Positions 1-11,600 of a stretch of DNA of 64,000 nt are shown here, one piece after another. The translations under genes and the position numbers were made by a program. Positions within the stretch are counted from its first letter, which is position 1. Every line of letters starts with the position of its first letter. The stretch comes from Trichosphaerium sp. ATCC 40318 (lineage: Eukaryota > Protista > Tubulinea). Below the pieces are notes generated by a model. That model saw only the letters and a list, made by a program, of their open reading frames with translations. It did not search any database and was not told the DNA's origin. Location of the stretch: positions 248,001 through 312,000 of the forward strand of contig JALMLS010000143.1 in the NCBI GenBank assembly GCA_038496445.1, written 5' to 3'.

Positions 1-741
1 GCTCAACAGAAATCACGTTTCTGAAACATGGATTAACCATTGTCGTAATCTTTGAGTTTATCTCCCTTTCCGAGGGTGGATTTGGGCTAACAAGAATAGG
101 TTTCACGGTAACAGTATTACCTTTATTTTTTGTGTTAGAATTTGAATAAAAAATGAACAAATACACGCCATAAACCGTACCTCCGTTATCAATGATGATA
201 TCTTTTTCTTTTTTATGTATCTCCCTTAGTTTTAAAAGCAATTCTGGTCTTAACAGACGTCAGTAAAACACAATAGTGGAAAGTCCGGGAAACGACAGTG
301 CGTACAGCCATAGAAAGTATCGCGTAGCGAAAATCATGTCTATGAGACCTCTCGGACCGTAGATTGTTAGGTCTTCGCGTGTCACCTTCAATTCGTATGG
401 CAAATCTATATATGTGCTTAATACGTAGCCACAGTCGCATTTTTGAACTCTCTGTGCATTTAAAAGTTGTAAAACGCTGTACTAACCTGTAATTCCACTT
501 AAAACCGCCCAATCACACCTAGTTATAAACAGGTGGCTTATTTTACGCAACTTTACACCATTTGAAATCCAAAGCCGTTTAGCGCCTTCTCCTGAAGTAA
601 TAGTTAAGCGTAAATACGCACCACATTGCTAATACCGCTATTAAAAACCATTCTGAACTTCTGAAATACTACTTGGACACTAGGCATTGTATCCCTCTCC
701 TCAGAGGTTCCAAGAACCTGCACAAAACCTTGTCCACTCAT
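1..741 (-). CDS. ELAC2: RNase Z long form (ELAC2/Trz1-like), 5' exons only; runs off the window start
   Basis: Spliced translation MSGQGFVQVLGTSEERDTMPS...SGEGAKRLWISNGVKLRKISHLFITRCDWAVLSGITGLP...LTIYGPRGLIDMIFATRYFL matches the ELAC2 N-terminal pattern (LQVLG, GEGxQR, IFLTRxxW, YGP). Confidence 0.72.
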
Positions 742-915
742 TGCGTATGTTCTAAAATAACTTTTAATTAAGTTGTTATTTTCAGCTTTTCTTCCAACGG
801 AATTCTCAACTTGTTAGACACGTAATCAAGTACTTGTTAAGAATGGTAATGAAAACAGACATGTACAATATACTACGCTTCATTGCAATTACATTTGACA
901 CGTCAACATAGTTAG

Positions 916-1284
916 TTATTCTACACAAATTCCATCAACCCATATGTTTTGGTACTTTAATTTTCCACTTTTGTACCATATTTTACTTTTGCCATGTAGT
1001 TTACCATCAAGCCACATGGTTCGAAAATGTAGCTGTCCATTCTCATGCCACCCTTTACTTTCACCAGTCTTTTTACCATCAACCCATATGTAGCGGCACT
1101 TAAGTTGTCCACTTTTATACCATTGCATCCATATTCCTTTTTTGTGAAGCGTTTCATTAAAATGAGTATTAATTGCAGCTCTCTTTGATAGAGTGTGGTA
1201 TTTTGTGAATACTTCCTCATTGAAACTACAAATGTAAGTTTGTAGTTCACGTGGAATATCCAGTAAACTCAGGGAAGAACTCAA
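916..1284 (-). CDS. F-box-like plus MORN-variant (MORN_2/YwqK-like) repeat protein; start uncertain
   Basis: LLDIPRELQTYI...LSK F-box-like N-terminus, then three 24-aa units of the GxxKxWYxxGxLxxxxxWxDG type. No in-frame ATG; a CTAAC...AAAG acceptor-like site upstream suggests a further exon or decay. Confidence 0.65.
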   Translation of the reverse strand: MSSSLSLLDIPRELQTYICSFNEEVFTKYHTLSKRAAINTHFNETLHKKGIWMQWYKSGQLKCRYIWVDGKKTGESKGWHENGQLHFRTMWLDGKLHGKSKIWYKSGKLKYQNIWVDGICVE

Positions 1285-1897
1285 TTTACTATATTTCTGC
1301 TTGTGCTTGACATCAGCCTTTTCAAAATGTTAGTGTTCTAGCAACATTTAACACTATAAAATAATAGTTGCAAAAGCACAGACACAAAAGGCCAAAACTT
1401 GGAAAATGATTGCTTAGAAATCATGCCGAACTTCGTTAAATGCAGTGCAAACCCTTTTGGAAAATGTTTATAATAAGTCACATGGTCGCCTTCATTTGAA
1501 ACTGGGACATTTTTTATGACTCTTTAATAAATCTACAAAATTACACAGATCCAGTCAATCCCGTACGAGTTCGTTACAAAACTGAGCGCTAGCTGTTTAT
1601 GTGGTTTTTCGTACCATATGGCAGTAATAACTACGGATTTATTAAACTGCGGTTATTAGCGCAAGCTTAGGCTATGTGAAACTTGTAGAAGATTTATTGA
1701 GAAATGAGTCAATGAAGTTCGACCGGAAATAAACTAAAAGCCGCTAAGGGCACCCTCTATTTTATCAAATATGATACCGTTTGTCAGCGGAACACGTGCT
1801 AAATAGAATGAGTTTGACACTTGCTATTCAGTTAACAGTAATTTGATACGCAGATAGTGATAAGTGAACGCTATTTGTGTCTAATTACTTTCAACCA

Positions 1898-2376
1898 TAT
1901 TGTCCGTATCATTCAAGTTTGTAACAGGTTTGGCAGCTCTTATCAGTTCTGTTAGTTCTCGCAACAGCTTTGACAAATGTTGGCAAATGAGATTAAAACC
2001 TCAAAGAAAGTTCCAAGCGCTTCCAAAGTATCTTGCGCTGAGTGTACGGTATTAGCATAGCGTAATAATCCGTTTTAGAATATAGGAGACAACTGTTGGA
2101 TTAGAGGTCATCAGAGACGCCAACAGAACTACAATGCTAATGTACCAAATAAAATATAATTTGATGAAACACGTGGTCGCAATAATCTGTATGCGTTGTA
2201 CACTGGATTGTATTTCCTCCAGAACTGACAATATCCGTCAGATCTGGTAGTTTTAACAGATATTGCAACAACTAACAGAAGTTGCATGAACTGTCATATC
2301 TTACTAAACACGAAACCAAAAGTCACAAACATCAAAAAGTTGCAAAGGTTAGCAAACTTGAATGATACGGTCAATA
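1898..2376. mobile_element. Putative MITE (family A), TA-bounded terminal inverted repeats
   Basis: TATTGTCCGTATCATTCAAGTTTG (1898-1921) and CAAACTTGAATGATACGGTCAATA (2353-2376) are inverted, 23/24 identical. Subterminal short repeats (CTGACA/AGATCT/CTAACA); no ORF; related ends at 22726 and 43566. Confidence 0.65.
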
Positions 2377-2663
2377 GCGCCTATTTTATTAAGTACACTC
2401 ACTAATCTTCAAACACATGACAATGTCAGCACAGTCAGGGAATGATTTTTGGCCTAGGCGGACAACAAGATTAGAAATCAGCAATATTGCTAGGGTGCTG
2501 TCTAACGTTTTATTTAACAGAACTTTAAGAAAGAATTATACAAGTAATACCACTTTGTTCATCAGTTTTAATGTCACTTCTTTTTATCTGCAAAACTGCT
2601 AGGAGTTTTACCAATGTTGGCTTGGCAGCCGTTCCTTACTATTAATTTCAAAAGTTTCCTTCC

Positions 2664-3458
2664 TTAAGTGATTGCTTTCACTTTGACGCCATTGATGTAA
2701 TGGCAATGGCAAGCTAACATACCTGTCTTGTCCCACTGCCTATACTCACCATCATAATCACCGTTGACATAGTGATATTGTACAAACAATTGACTATTTT
2801 CGTACCACTGCTTGTACTCTCCATGACACTCACCGTTGACATAGTGACACTGTACACTAATTTGACCATTGTAATACCACTTTTTGTAGTCTCCGTTGTA
2901 CTTGTCATTACCAAAATGACGATGCTCTGCTAATCTTCCATTTTGAAACCATTTCTTGTACTCTCCTTCACGTTTACCATTGACAAAGTTACACAGGGTA
3001 GCCATTTTGCCACTAAAATACCAACTTTTAAACTCTCCTTCTATCTTACCATTTACATAAAAACTTTGTACCCGTAGTTCTCCACTTACATGCCATCTCC
3101 TCCATACCCCTTCAGGTACACCACCAACGAAATTGTGCTCGTACTTTATCAGACCACTGTAAAACCAATTCTTCCATACCCCTTCTTTTTCTCCATTTAC
3201 ATAGTTACCTTGCTTATGCCGTCTACCGTTTTTATACCAAGATTTGTACTCTCCATGTTCCTGGCCATGTACCCAATATTCGTGGCATCCCCCTCTTGAG
3301 TGTTGTTTTAGCCACTTGCCGTGTTTGTTCAATTCGTTATCAAACCTTGATGTACTTGCCGTGTATTTTGATAATAAAGGCCACTTGTAATACACTTCCC
3401 AGTCTTGCTCAACGATAGCAAGGTGTAATTCGGTGGGTAATAGAAAAAGTGTATTCAT
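2664..3458 (-). CDS. Intronless F-box-like plus MORN-variant repeat protein, 264 aa
   Basis: MNTLFLLPTELHLAIV...WPLLSK N-terminus followed by 8 regular 24-aa units (e.g. EGEFKSWYFSGKMATLCNFVNGKR). Confidence 0.85.
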   Translation of the reverse strand: MNTLFLLPTELHLAIVEQDWEVYYKWPLLSKYTASTSRFDNELNKHGKWLKQHSRGGCHEYWVHGQEHGEYKSWYKNGRRHKQGNYVNGEKEGVWKNWFYSGLIKYEHNFVGGVPEGVWRRWHVSGELRVQSFYVNGKIEGEFKSWYFSGKMATLCNFVNGKREGEYKKWFQNGRLAEHRHFGNDKYNGDYKKWYYNGQISVQCHYVNGECHGEYKQWYENSQLFVQYHYVNGDYDGEYRQWDKTGMLACHCHYINGVKVKAIT

Positions 3459-3758
3459 TGTTTACGTCTCCTTGCGTGTAGAGTTACGTATTGTATAATT
3501 AACTTGGATTGAGATGGCTATGCCTTTTTCTTTAATTTTGAATAAAATTACACGTGCGTGAACGACTTTTTTTGACTCTTCGTACTATGCAATTCTATCT
3601 TGCCCAATGTTGTCGCTCATGATACTCAAAATATCCACTGGTTTGCTTGACACGCATACATTACAGATCAAGAAATACAAGCTATTGGAGCTTTTATCAA
3701 CATGAGGTTTGAGATTGAAAAATATACATTGTTTTTTTATTGGTTTTTTGTTTTCTTC

Positions 3759-5997
3759 TCAGTACGAATCCATGAGAGGTTGATTTACTGCTGTATTTGG
3801 CCTTGGTGTTTCTTCCATGCTTGATTGCTGTCTTACAAAGCACTTATTCCATAACCAAGTCCACGATTTAGGACCAACAATAAGGTATATAATGAATGAT
3901 AGGTAAAGCTGTCCAAGAACAGTGAGTAAAAATATTACCCACCAGCTTATTTCGACAGATGTGTTTACAATATCCCATGCAATGTATAAGTTGATTGCAA
4001 TCACTGCAAGAGCGATACCCCAAAGAGGATAACGAATCCATTTATTAGTAGCAAATTTACCCATAATAGCTACACTTCCAGTGAAAGTAAGCACTAGCAC
4101 AGAATGTTAGACAACGAATGAAAAGCAAACTTAGAAAAAAAAAAGGATGCGAAAGAATGTTTGGGTTTTTTGTTTAACGTACCAGGGATCAAAGCAAAAG
4201 GTAGCTGAATACTCTGTAGTACGTTCAAGTACTCATCTAGAACATCAAGTTGATCTGTTATGATCACGTTAGACTAAGTAGACAGCACAACTTTACAACG
4301 TACTTGATTTCAACAGTGCTACGAAAATTGCAGGAATGATAGCAATAGACCGTGTAATGAGTACACGCTTCCATGGAGCGAGTTTTATTTTAATGAAACC
4401 TTCCATGACGAATTGACCAGCATAAGTACCAGTCATTGTTGAAGATTGACCAGCTGCAAGCAAACCTATTTAAGAAAAAAGTAAGAAACAAAATACGAGT
4501 TGCTTTCTACTCATTACCTAGTGCCCAAATATACCTCGCCGCTGTACCATACTTCTCCCCCAATAATGTTCCTGCTTGAGATAATCCAATATTCTTTACT
4601 TTGAAAGTAGTTGCAGCAAATACACCAACAACAAACAAGTTTACTATGAAAGAAACAAAAAGTGCAATTCCAGATTCGATTGCGTTGTAGAAATTTCCTT
4701 CTTTGACTTCAATAGGTTTCTTCACATTTACTTTTCTTGAGAGTACAAGAGCGGAATGAAGGAATAAATTATGTGGCATAATCACAGCACCAACTGTAGC
4801 AACAGCTTGAGCGACTGGCGTGGTGTTGATACCTTCTCTCTTTGCAGGAATAATAGGTATAACAATACCCTAAAAAACAAATTTAGCACGAAGTATACAG
4901 CTAGAGCGTTGTAAATCGTACTTTGATAACTTCTAGGTTATTAGGTTTCGCCATTATATACTCGACGCCAAAAGTTATTACCATGACGGTAATGAGGAAC
5001 CCGAAAAAGATTTCAAGTTTTCTGATACCCTTTCGCTCCAAAAGCAAAAAAGTAAATGTATCAAGAGCAGTGATTAATACACCACCATATAGAGGTATGT
5101 GACCAGCGCTTAGTAAATTTATAGCTATAGCACTACCAACTACTTCTTGTATATCACTCCCTTCAATCACGTGTTAGAACTTAAAAAAAGCAAAAAAAGC
5201 GAAAAAAAGTGAGAACACAAAAAACAAGTAAAGTGTACCAATAATCGCTGATTCTATCATCAACCATAGTATAATACGTGGTACAATAGGATACTGATCT
5301 CGACAAACAACCGCAAGATGTTTCCCTTCGAAAGAGTAAAAACAGAGAGCACAAAGAAGACGGAAAGAGTACCTGTAGAAACACCCAAACGTGCAGATAA
5401 AAGTTGTAAAACAAAACCAATCACTGTACTCCAAAAAAGAACCCAAAGCAGTGAATAACCAGTATTCGCGCCCATTTGTAGATCTGACTCGATATTACCA
5501 GGATCAAGGTATGCAATGGACATCAAAAAACTAAAACAGAAATCAGAATGGAATTGTCACTCTGTGACGAAACTAAGCCAGAAAACGCGTCGATTGACGC
5601 TGGTTTTGTGTAAAATACCATAAATGTGAGCTGAGAACGAAAAAAGGAAAAGGTACGTAAAAGTAATTATAAAACCGTTCATAGGCTGTTCAGAGTGTTA
5701 GTACGTACCCTGGGCCAGTAAACGCCCATAATTTTCTGAAGGAGAAATGTCTCCAAACAGAATACTCCTCAAAAGAAGTATAAGACATGTGCTTGCTGTC
5801 TTCTTCATCGTGAGGGACATCTACTAGATTACCGAAAGATTGGTGCGCTACACTTATTAACACCTCACCACACTATAGAATAACACGAAAGAGAGCGTTC
5901 AAGTGAGAAATTAGCGCAGTATACCTTGTTCAACTACAGCACCATTCCCGTTTTCTGATGGTTCGTCTCCCATAGACAAGGGATCATAAGCTGCCAT
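3759..5997 (-). CDS. NRAMP: NRAMP/SLC11 divalent metal transporter, multi-exon
   Basis: [53 protein letters not shown] and [19 protein letters not shown] signatures; exons join through GT-AG introns. Confidence 0.96.
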
Positions 5998-6389
5998 TGG
6001 GTATGTACGACTTCAAAACTAAACGAATTTTCCGCTGTTTGCCACGCGATGTGTGCTGTTGCCTTCTTTTAGACAGAGTAAAGCGTGGAGAGAATGTTAC
6101 AGTGACAAGTTGGTACAAAAACGGGTGTTAGGGATTAAGTTCTCACGACAAGTATGAACACATGCTTTTTCTTTTTTTTTTCGACTCCTTCTAAATTGAA
6201 TTACGTTCACACATTACAAGCAATCCTCCAGAATACTTTCACAGGTACACGTGTATGTAATCTATATAAGGGATAACTAATGATGGCAATACTTTAAGGC
6301 GTTTGGTCTCAATTTTAACAAACTCTTACTAAACAAACGATTTTGTTTATTTTAAAACAGCGCTCAGAAAAGAGTTCTTTTCTTGCTTT

Positions 6390-8453
6390 TTACTCGCCCT
6401 TTATCTTATTAATAACACTACGTCCTTTGAAGTCATCCATGCTATCATTTACACCAAAAGCTCCAGCAATAAGATCGCACCTAAGAAAGTTTAACGAATG
6501 ACACCATCAAAAAAATTTGGCAACACAAAGCAAAGTGTCCAAATATTTCATCACGTACCATTCAGCTGGGAACAAAGCACGTGCAAGGAATGTAAGTTTT
6601 ACGGTAAATGGTAGGTAGATGCACTACATGGTATTAGGTCATAGTAATTGCGGTAACATATTGTCCTTAAAACGAGCATTTGATGCTGAGAAAAACGGGA
6701 AAAAAAAGGTTTTGTGCCACCTCCTTGCACGATAAACTCCATAAGAAAAAGGTTTCTGACGTAAAGCCAAAGGAGAGTAATAGTAAAAGTAACATACGGC
6801 TTCATCACATCTAATAGCATCGACAATACGTTTACCAACGTAATCTTCTGTGAGAATTGGCAAAATAAATGGCAATTTGCTCTTGGCACCTTCAAACATG
6901 CCTGAACCCATGGTCAGTCAAAATACAATGAAAATCATTTCGTAGCGAAGAGGGATATTTGTATAAAATTGCTAAGTACCTGTGTTGATGTAGTAAGGAC
7001 ATACGCAAGTGGTATTAATGCCGTTCATCTTTTTCTTTTTGATTTCCATTCTCAATGCTTCAGCAAAGCCAAAAGCTGCAAATTTAGATGCACAATAGTC
7101 TGTCATGTTAGCTATATGTGTGTAAGCGCATATCGTGATAGTAAATAAAGGTATTGTAAAACCGTGGATAATGTTTTTGGAAAACTTTGGTCGCAAGAAA
7201 AAAGTCGACAAAAAAAGCAAAACGTTGCTTCGCGTACCAATACCAGTGGTGCCAGCAGCGGATGCTACAGTGCAAATATGTCCAGAGTTACGTTCGTACA
7301 TAGCTGGGAGGAAAGCCTAGAAGGAAAGGAAAAGCTTAGAACTAAGAAAAACTACAAAATACAAGAAATTTTTTGTTTGGTTTTTTTTCTCCGTACTTTG
7401 ACTGTCCAAAATTGGGCGATAGTGTTCACCTAAATTAAGAATTAACAACCCATAAATACTATTTTAATAGCTCTATAGTTAATGCTAGTAACCAATATAA
7501 TACCTTCAAAGTCAACTCGATTGCTTTATCTCTAAACGAAGCAATTAGTTTTAGGAACAAGCACAATTTTCTGATTATTCTAAAATAACAAAAAAAAAAC
7601 CGAAAAAAATCGTTTCGGTTGACTTCTTTTGAGGTTAACGTACGGAATGTCAAGTAATGATTTACCCGAGACTACACCTGCGTTGTTTACAAGAATATCT
7701 AAACATATTTTAAGCACTTGTTTTTGGTTTTTTTTCATTTTCTAACAAATCAAGGCCTTAACGCACCGACAAAGCCGTGTTCTTCTTGGACTTTCTTAGC
7801 AACAGCGTATACTGTTTCTCTATTACAAAATAAGCGCATTTTAAAACAACAAAAAATGACTAAAAAGTCACAAAAGCCATCACAACACAAGAAGCCACAA
7901 TAAAACGTGAAAAACGGGTTTACTGTAGCTAGAAAATGTCTGTCAACTAGTGAGTCTGTTTTTTGGTTATTTCCATGCCATCCTGTCGTACCTGTCAGTA
8001 ATGTCGACCTTGTAACATGCGGATGAACCACCTAGAGCTTCAACTTCTTTGGCTACACGAATATAACGTTAGACGCATGCGAATCGTAGTTGTAAAAACG
8101 ATGTGAGGCTGTTTTGGTCGGGGAATAACGACAAGGTTTTCTTTTTGGGTTTCGTACCGACTTTTTGCATGCCAGCCTCGTTTACGTCCCAAATAATGAC
8201 TTTGCATGAGTCTTTGGCAAAGTTGAGAGCAGTCTGTACAATGCGTTAGCTGAGTACAAATACGCTGGTAGGTGTACCTGGCGGCCAATACCACTGGCGG
8301 CGCCTGTAATGAGAACAGTTTGGCCGGTGATGTCCTTTGGCGTGAACCATTTGATGCTTTCGTTGTATTTAGCGAGTTTGTAACAAAGTTGGAAACGAAC
8401 CAGTAGTGAAACACCAGAATCATCGTAAAGATTAACACGATGGCGAATAACAT
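6390..8453 (-). CDS. Short-chain dehydrogenase/reductase, SDR16C (retinol dehydrogenase/HSD17B11-like), N-terminal membrane anchor
   Basis: VLITGAASGIG, DILVNNAGVVSG, VNTIAQFWTVKAFLPAM, YCASKFAAFGF, CPYYINTGMF across GT-AG introns. Confidence 0.93.
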
Positions 8454-8689
8454 GTTGAGGGAATAGTTGTAAACTCAAGCTTGTTTTTGACGAAGAAAAT
8501 GGTTCTTCTCTGGTAAAACAAGTTCTTCAAAATCGTCCACCTTTGGCGGTAAAGCGCCTCTCAACAGTTCGCATGGGTACGAATAGTATGTAATTAGGAG
8601 GTTTTTTTACACTCACCTACTAACTGAAAATGAAATCGATTTCTCTTACTTACGCTGTAACAGTATTTGTGATGTAGTAGACGCAAACC

Positions 8690-11600
8690 ATGGACTTCAG
8701 GTCAAGAAATAGACAAAAACGAGCAAACAGCCTAAAGTCAGGTAAGAATAATACTTTAAACAACCTTATTAGCCATAACGCTGTAGCACCAAATTTGTAA
8801 CTCGTAGTTCTTGAGTCTAAACACGAACTAGTTCGTTAAACCTACTGCGCTACACTAAAATAGAGACAGCGATTTATAGCGTATTTCATAATTACATTAT
8901 TACCTTTTCGTGCAATATCAAAAGTTGTTCTTGAAAAAAAAAAGCAAATCCCTCTATCGAAAAAATGTAACACCCCGCAAACACTTTTTTTTTATTTTGT
9001 ACCAAATTTTTTTTTTTTTGGAGCGTATGGCAAGAAAAAAACAAAATATCCAAAATAACTACCTTATTTTCGTAACTATTCCTAATACGACCTTTTTTTT
9101 ATATAGTTCTTTACTATGATGCATCAGCAGCAACTGATAGTGAGGTATCTATCAAAGATAAGAAAAAAAAACGTGCAAAGAAGAAATCTCCACGGATAAA
9201 AGGGCACAAGAGCACAATGTCCTTGATAACATCAGACTCTCCTAGACGTCGTTTCAAAGTGAAATCAAAACTGGATGTGAGCCCTGGAGTACCTCGTACG
9301 CCACCGCGCCAAAGGAGAAAAGTCGCAGGGAAGGGAAAATCGAGATCAAGAGGTAAATTACCAGGCGCTGCCGAAAAGTTCAAAAAAGGAAATTTTGTTT
9401 TTTTTCCTTTATTTGTTTAGTCGTAAATATACCTTACTGTTTCTTTAAGCGCGTTCTCAAGAGGATGTTATAGATGTCTTAGTACCATTGAAGCCAAAAA
9501 GATCTCATAGTAGTAAATTTAAACAACACAGTGCTCGTCAGAACAAAGTAAAGCGTAGCAACTCGATGGCAGTTCCTATGTCTCCTCGTAGATTGCCTTC
9601 ACCAAAACACAGTCCAGAGGGTTACATGGTCGATGATAGCTATGTGCCTTTACGAATGCCTAGACGGAGTGTATCAGTTACCAATAAGATAGTGAGCAAT
9701 ACAAACTCTCCGAGATTTAACAGACCAATCCGTCAATTTCCGCACAGCAGTCCTGTTCTAAATCAAGTACGAAGACCTTAGCTTCAATCTTTTGTTATTT
9801 GCTCTTTTCTTCCTTAATCTCTTACTCACATACTCTAGCCTATTGTCAGTCCTCGGCCTAATCCCTCTGGTACAACACCTATAAGGCTCGTTGATATTGG
9901 TTTGGTTTCAGGGGACTTTAAGGGTCTTGATGATCCTGCTTTATCTGCAGAGTTCAATGTACGTTCTAGAGTCTCTAAGCATAGTATTATAGTCTTCATT
10001 GTAGTAACAATACTTATAGTTGAACATGCGTAAATTAAAGGCACCTACGTTTAAAGCCACTGAAATAAAAAGTGCGAAAAAACCAAGCAAATCAGGATCG
10101 CCTTTAAAGTCAACAAGGCAAGTGTTTGGTTAATTTCTTCGATTCCTTCTTTGTTTTATCGATCCTAATACACTGTAATAGATCCTTACAGCCTTTTTAT
10201 ATTTACATACCGAATCAGAAACAAGCTGGTACGTCAAACAATCGAAAAAAAAGACTTTTTTTGACACGTTATTTTTTTTCTTCGTCTTTCTGGATGTATT
10301 CGTATTATAATAGTGTGAAACTACTTTTAACAGGTTCTAATGCCTCCATAGAAATCTTATACAACCCTTCGCTAAAGCTCAGGCGTGTACTAAAGAAAGC
10401 AACGCAACGTGATGTTAAACTCGACAATTTTCTTATTGTAGACGCCAAGCGTAACCCAGTCGATCTACACATGCGTTTGCGTGATATAGAAGGCTATGAG
10501 GTTCACCTCATACCAAAGACACGAGTACCAGTGCCAAACAATAAAATCAACATGCTACGCATTAATTTGCCTGGCGAACGATTCTCCTCCATACAGAGGA
10601 AGCCACAACAGCTTCAGGTAGCTATTAAACGTATAGCAGATGCAAGATCACTTAATATGGGTACACCTTCACTTTTTTGTTTTTACGACCTACAACTTCC
10701 TCTGTACACCACTTTTCTATTGTATTCCGCATTTATGGACTTTAAAGACATCAAAGAGATAGATATTATTAGTGAAATTATCGGTTTTGTGGTTCTAGAA
10801 TGACTTCAGTTTGATCAAACTTTTTTTTTGTTCTTTTTTTTTGTGGCTAACTTTTTTTACAAGAACATCTTATTGTTACAAATGTACAAGGGAAAGCAAT
10901 AGATACTACGCTATTAATTGAAGATATTCCAGATGATGAGATTGTTTTAGATTTTAAGACTCCATATAAAGCTGCTGCAGCTTTCAAACCACCGAAAGAA
11001 TTATCAATTTTATTACCTGACGGAGTTTCTCATTTTTTTCCTTGGCGGGGTGACGCTCTTCTTCGTGACTTGGTTGATAAATTCCCATATGGAGGTAGAA
11101 AACCTCAAGATATGAAAGGAAAGTACCTGGATTCTACGAAGACTCTAGGAGAGCTTTGTGTTGGCCAGATTTCTTATGGTAAGCAAAAAGCCTGCAAACT
11201 TTTATCAAAAAAAAAAGACATACCTTTTTTGTTTGACACGTTTCTTAAGGTATCAATTTGAAGAACTATAAAAGAAAAAGGAAAAGATTGAGTACGTAAC
11301 GATTATCACCTGACATCGTGAGTTTTATTGATTTTTTTATAGATACCTTGGGTAGTTCTCCACAGAGTAAAGTTCAAGCTGCCGTTAAGAATAATCTTTT
11401 TAAAGTACATCTTCCACAGAACCAGAAACACTCTTTTTTCTACGATCCAAAGACACAGTGGTCAGATACAATCATGACTGTTCTAAGAAACGCAGTTAAA
11501 CTACGTACACATCTATCTCTTGATATGCCAGTGACAGATATGAGTGGACATAAGATAGATAGAAACACAAAGTTATGTAAAGTTGCTAAACTTGAAATTT

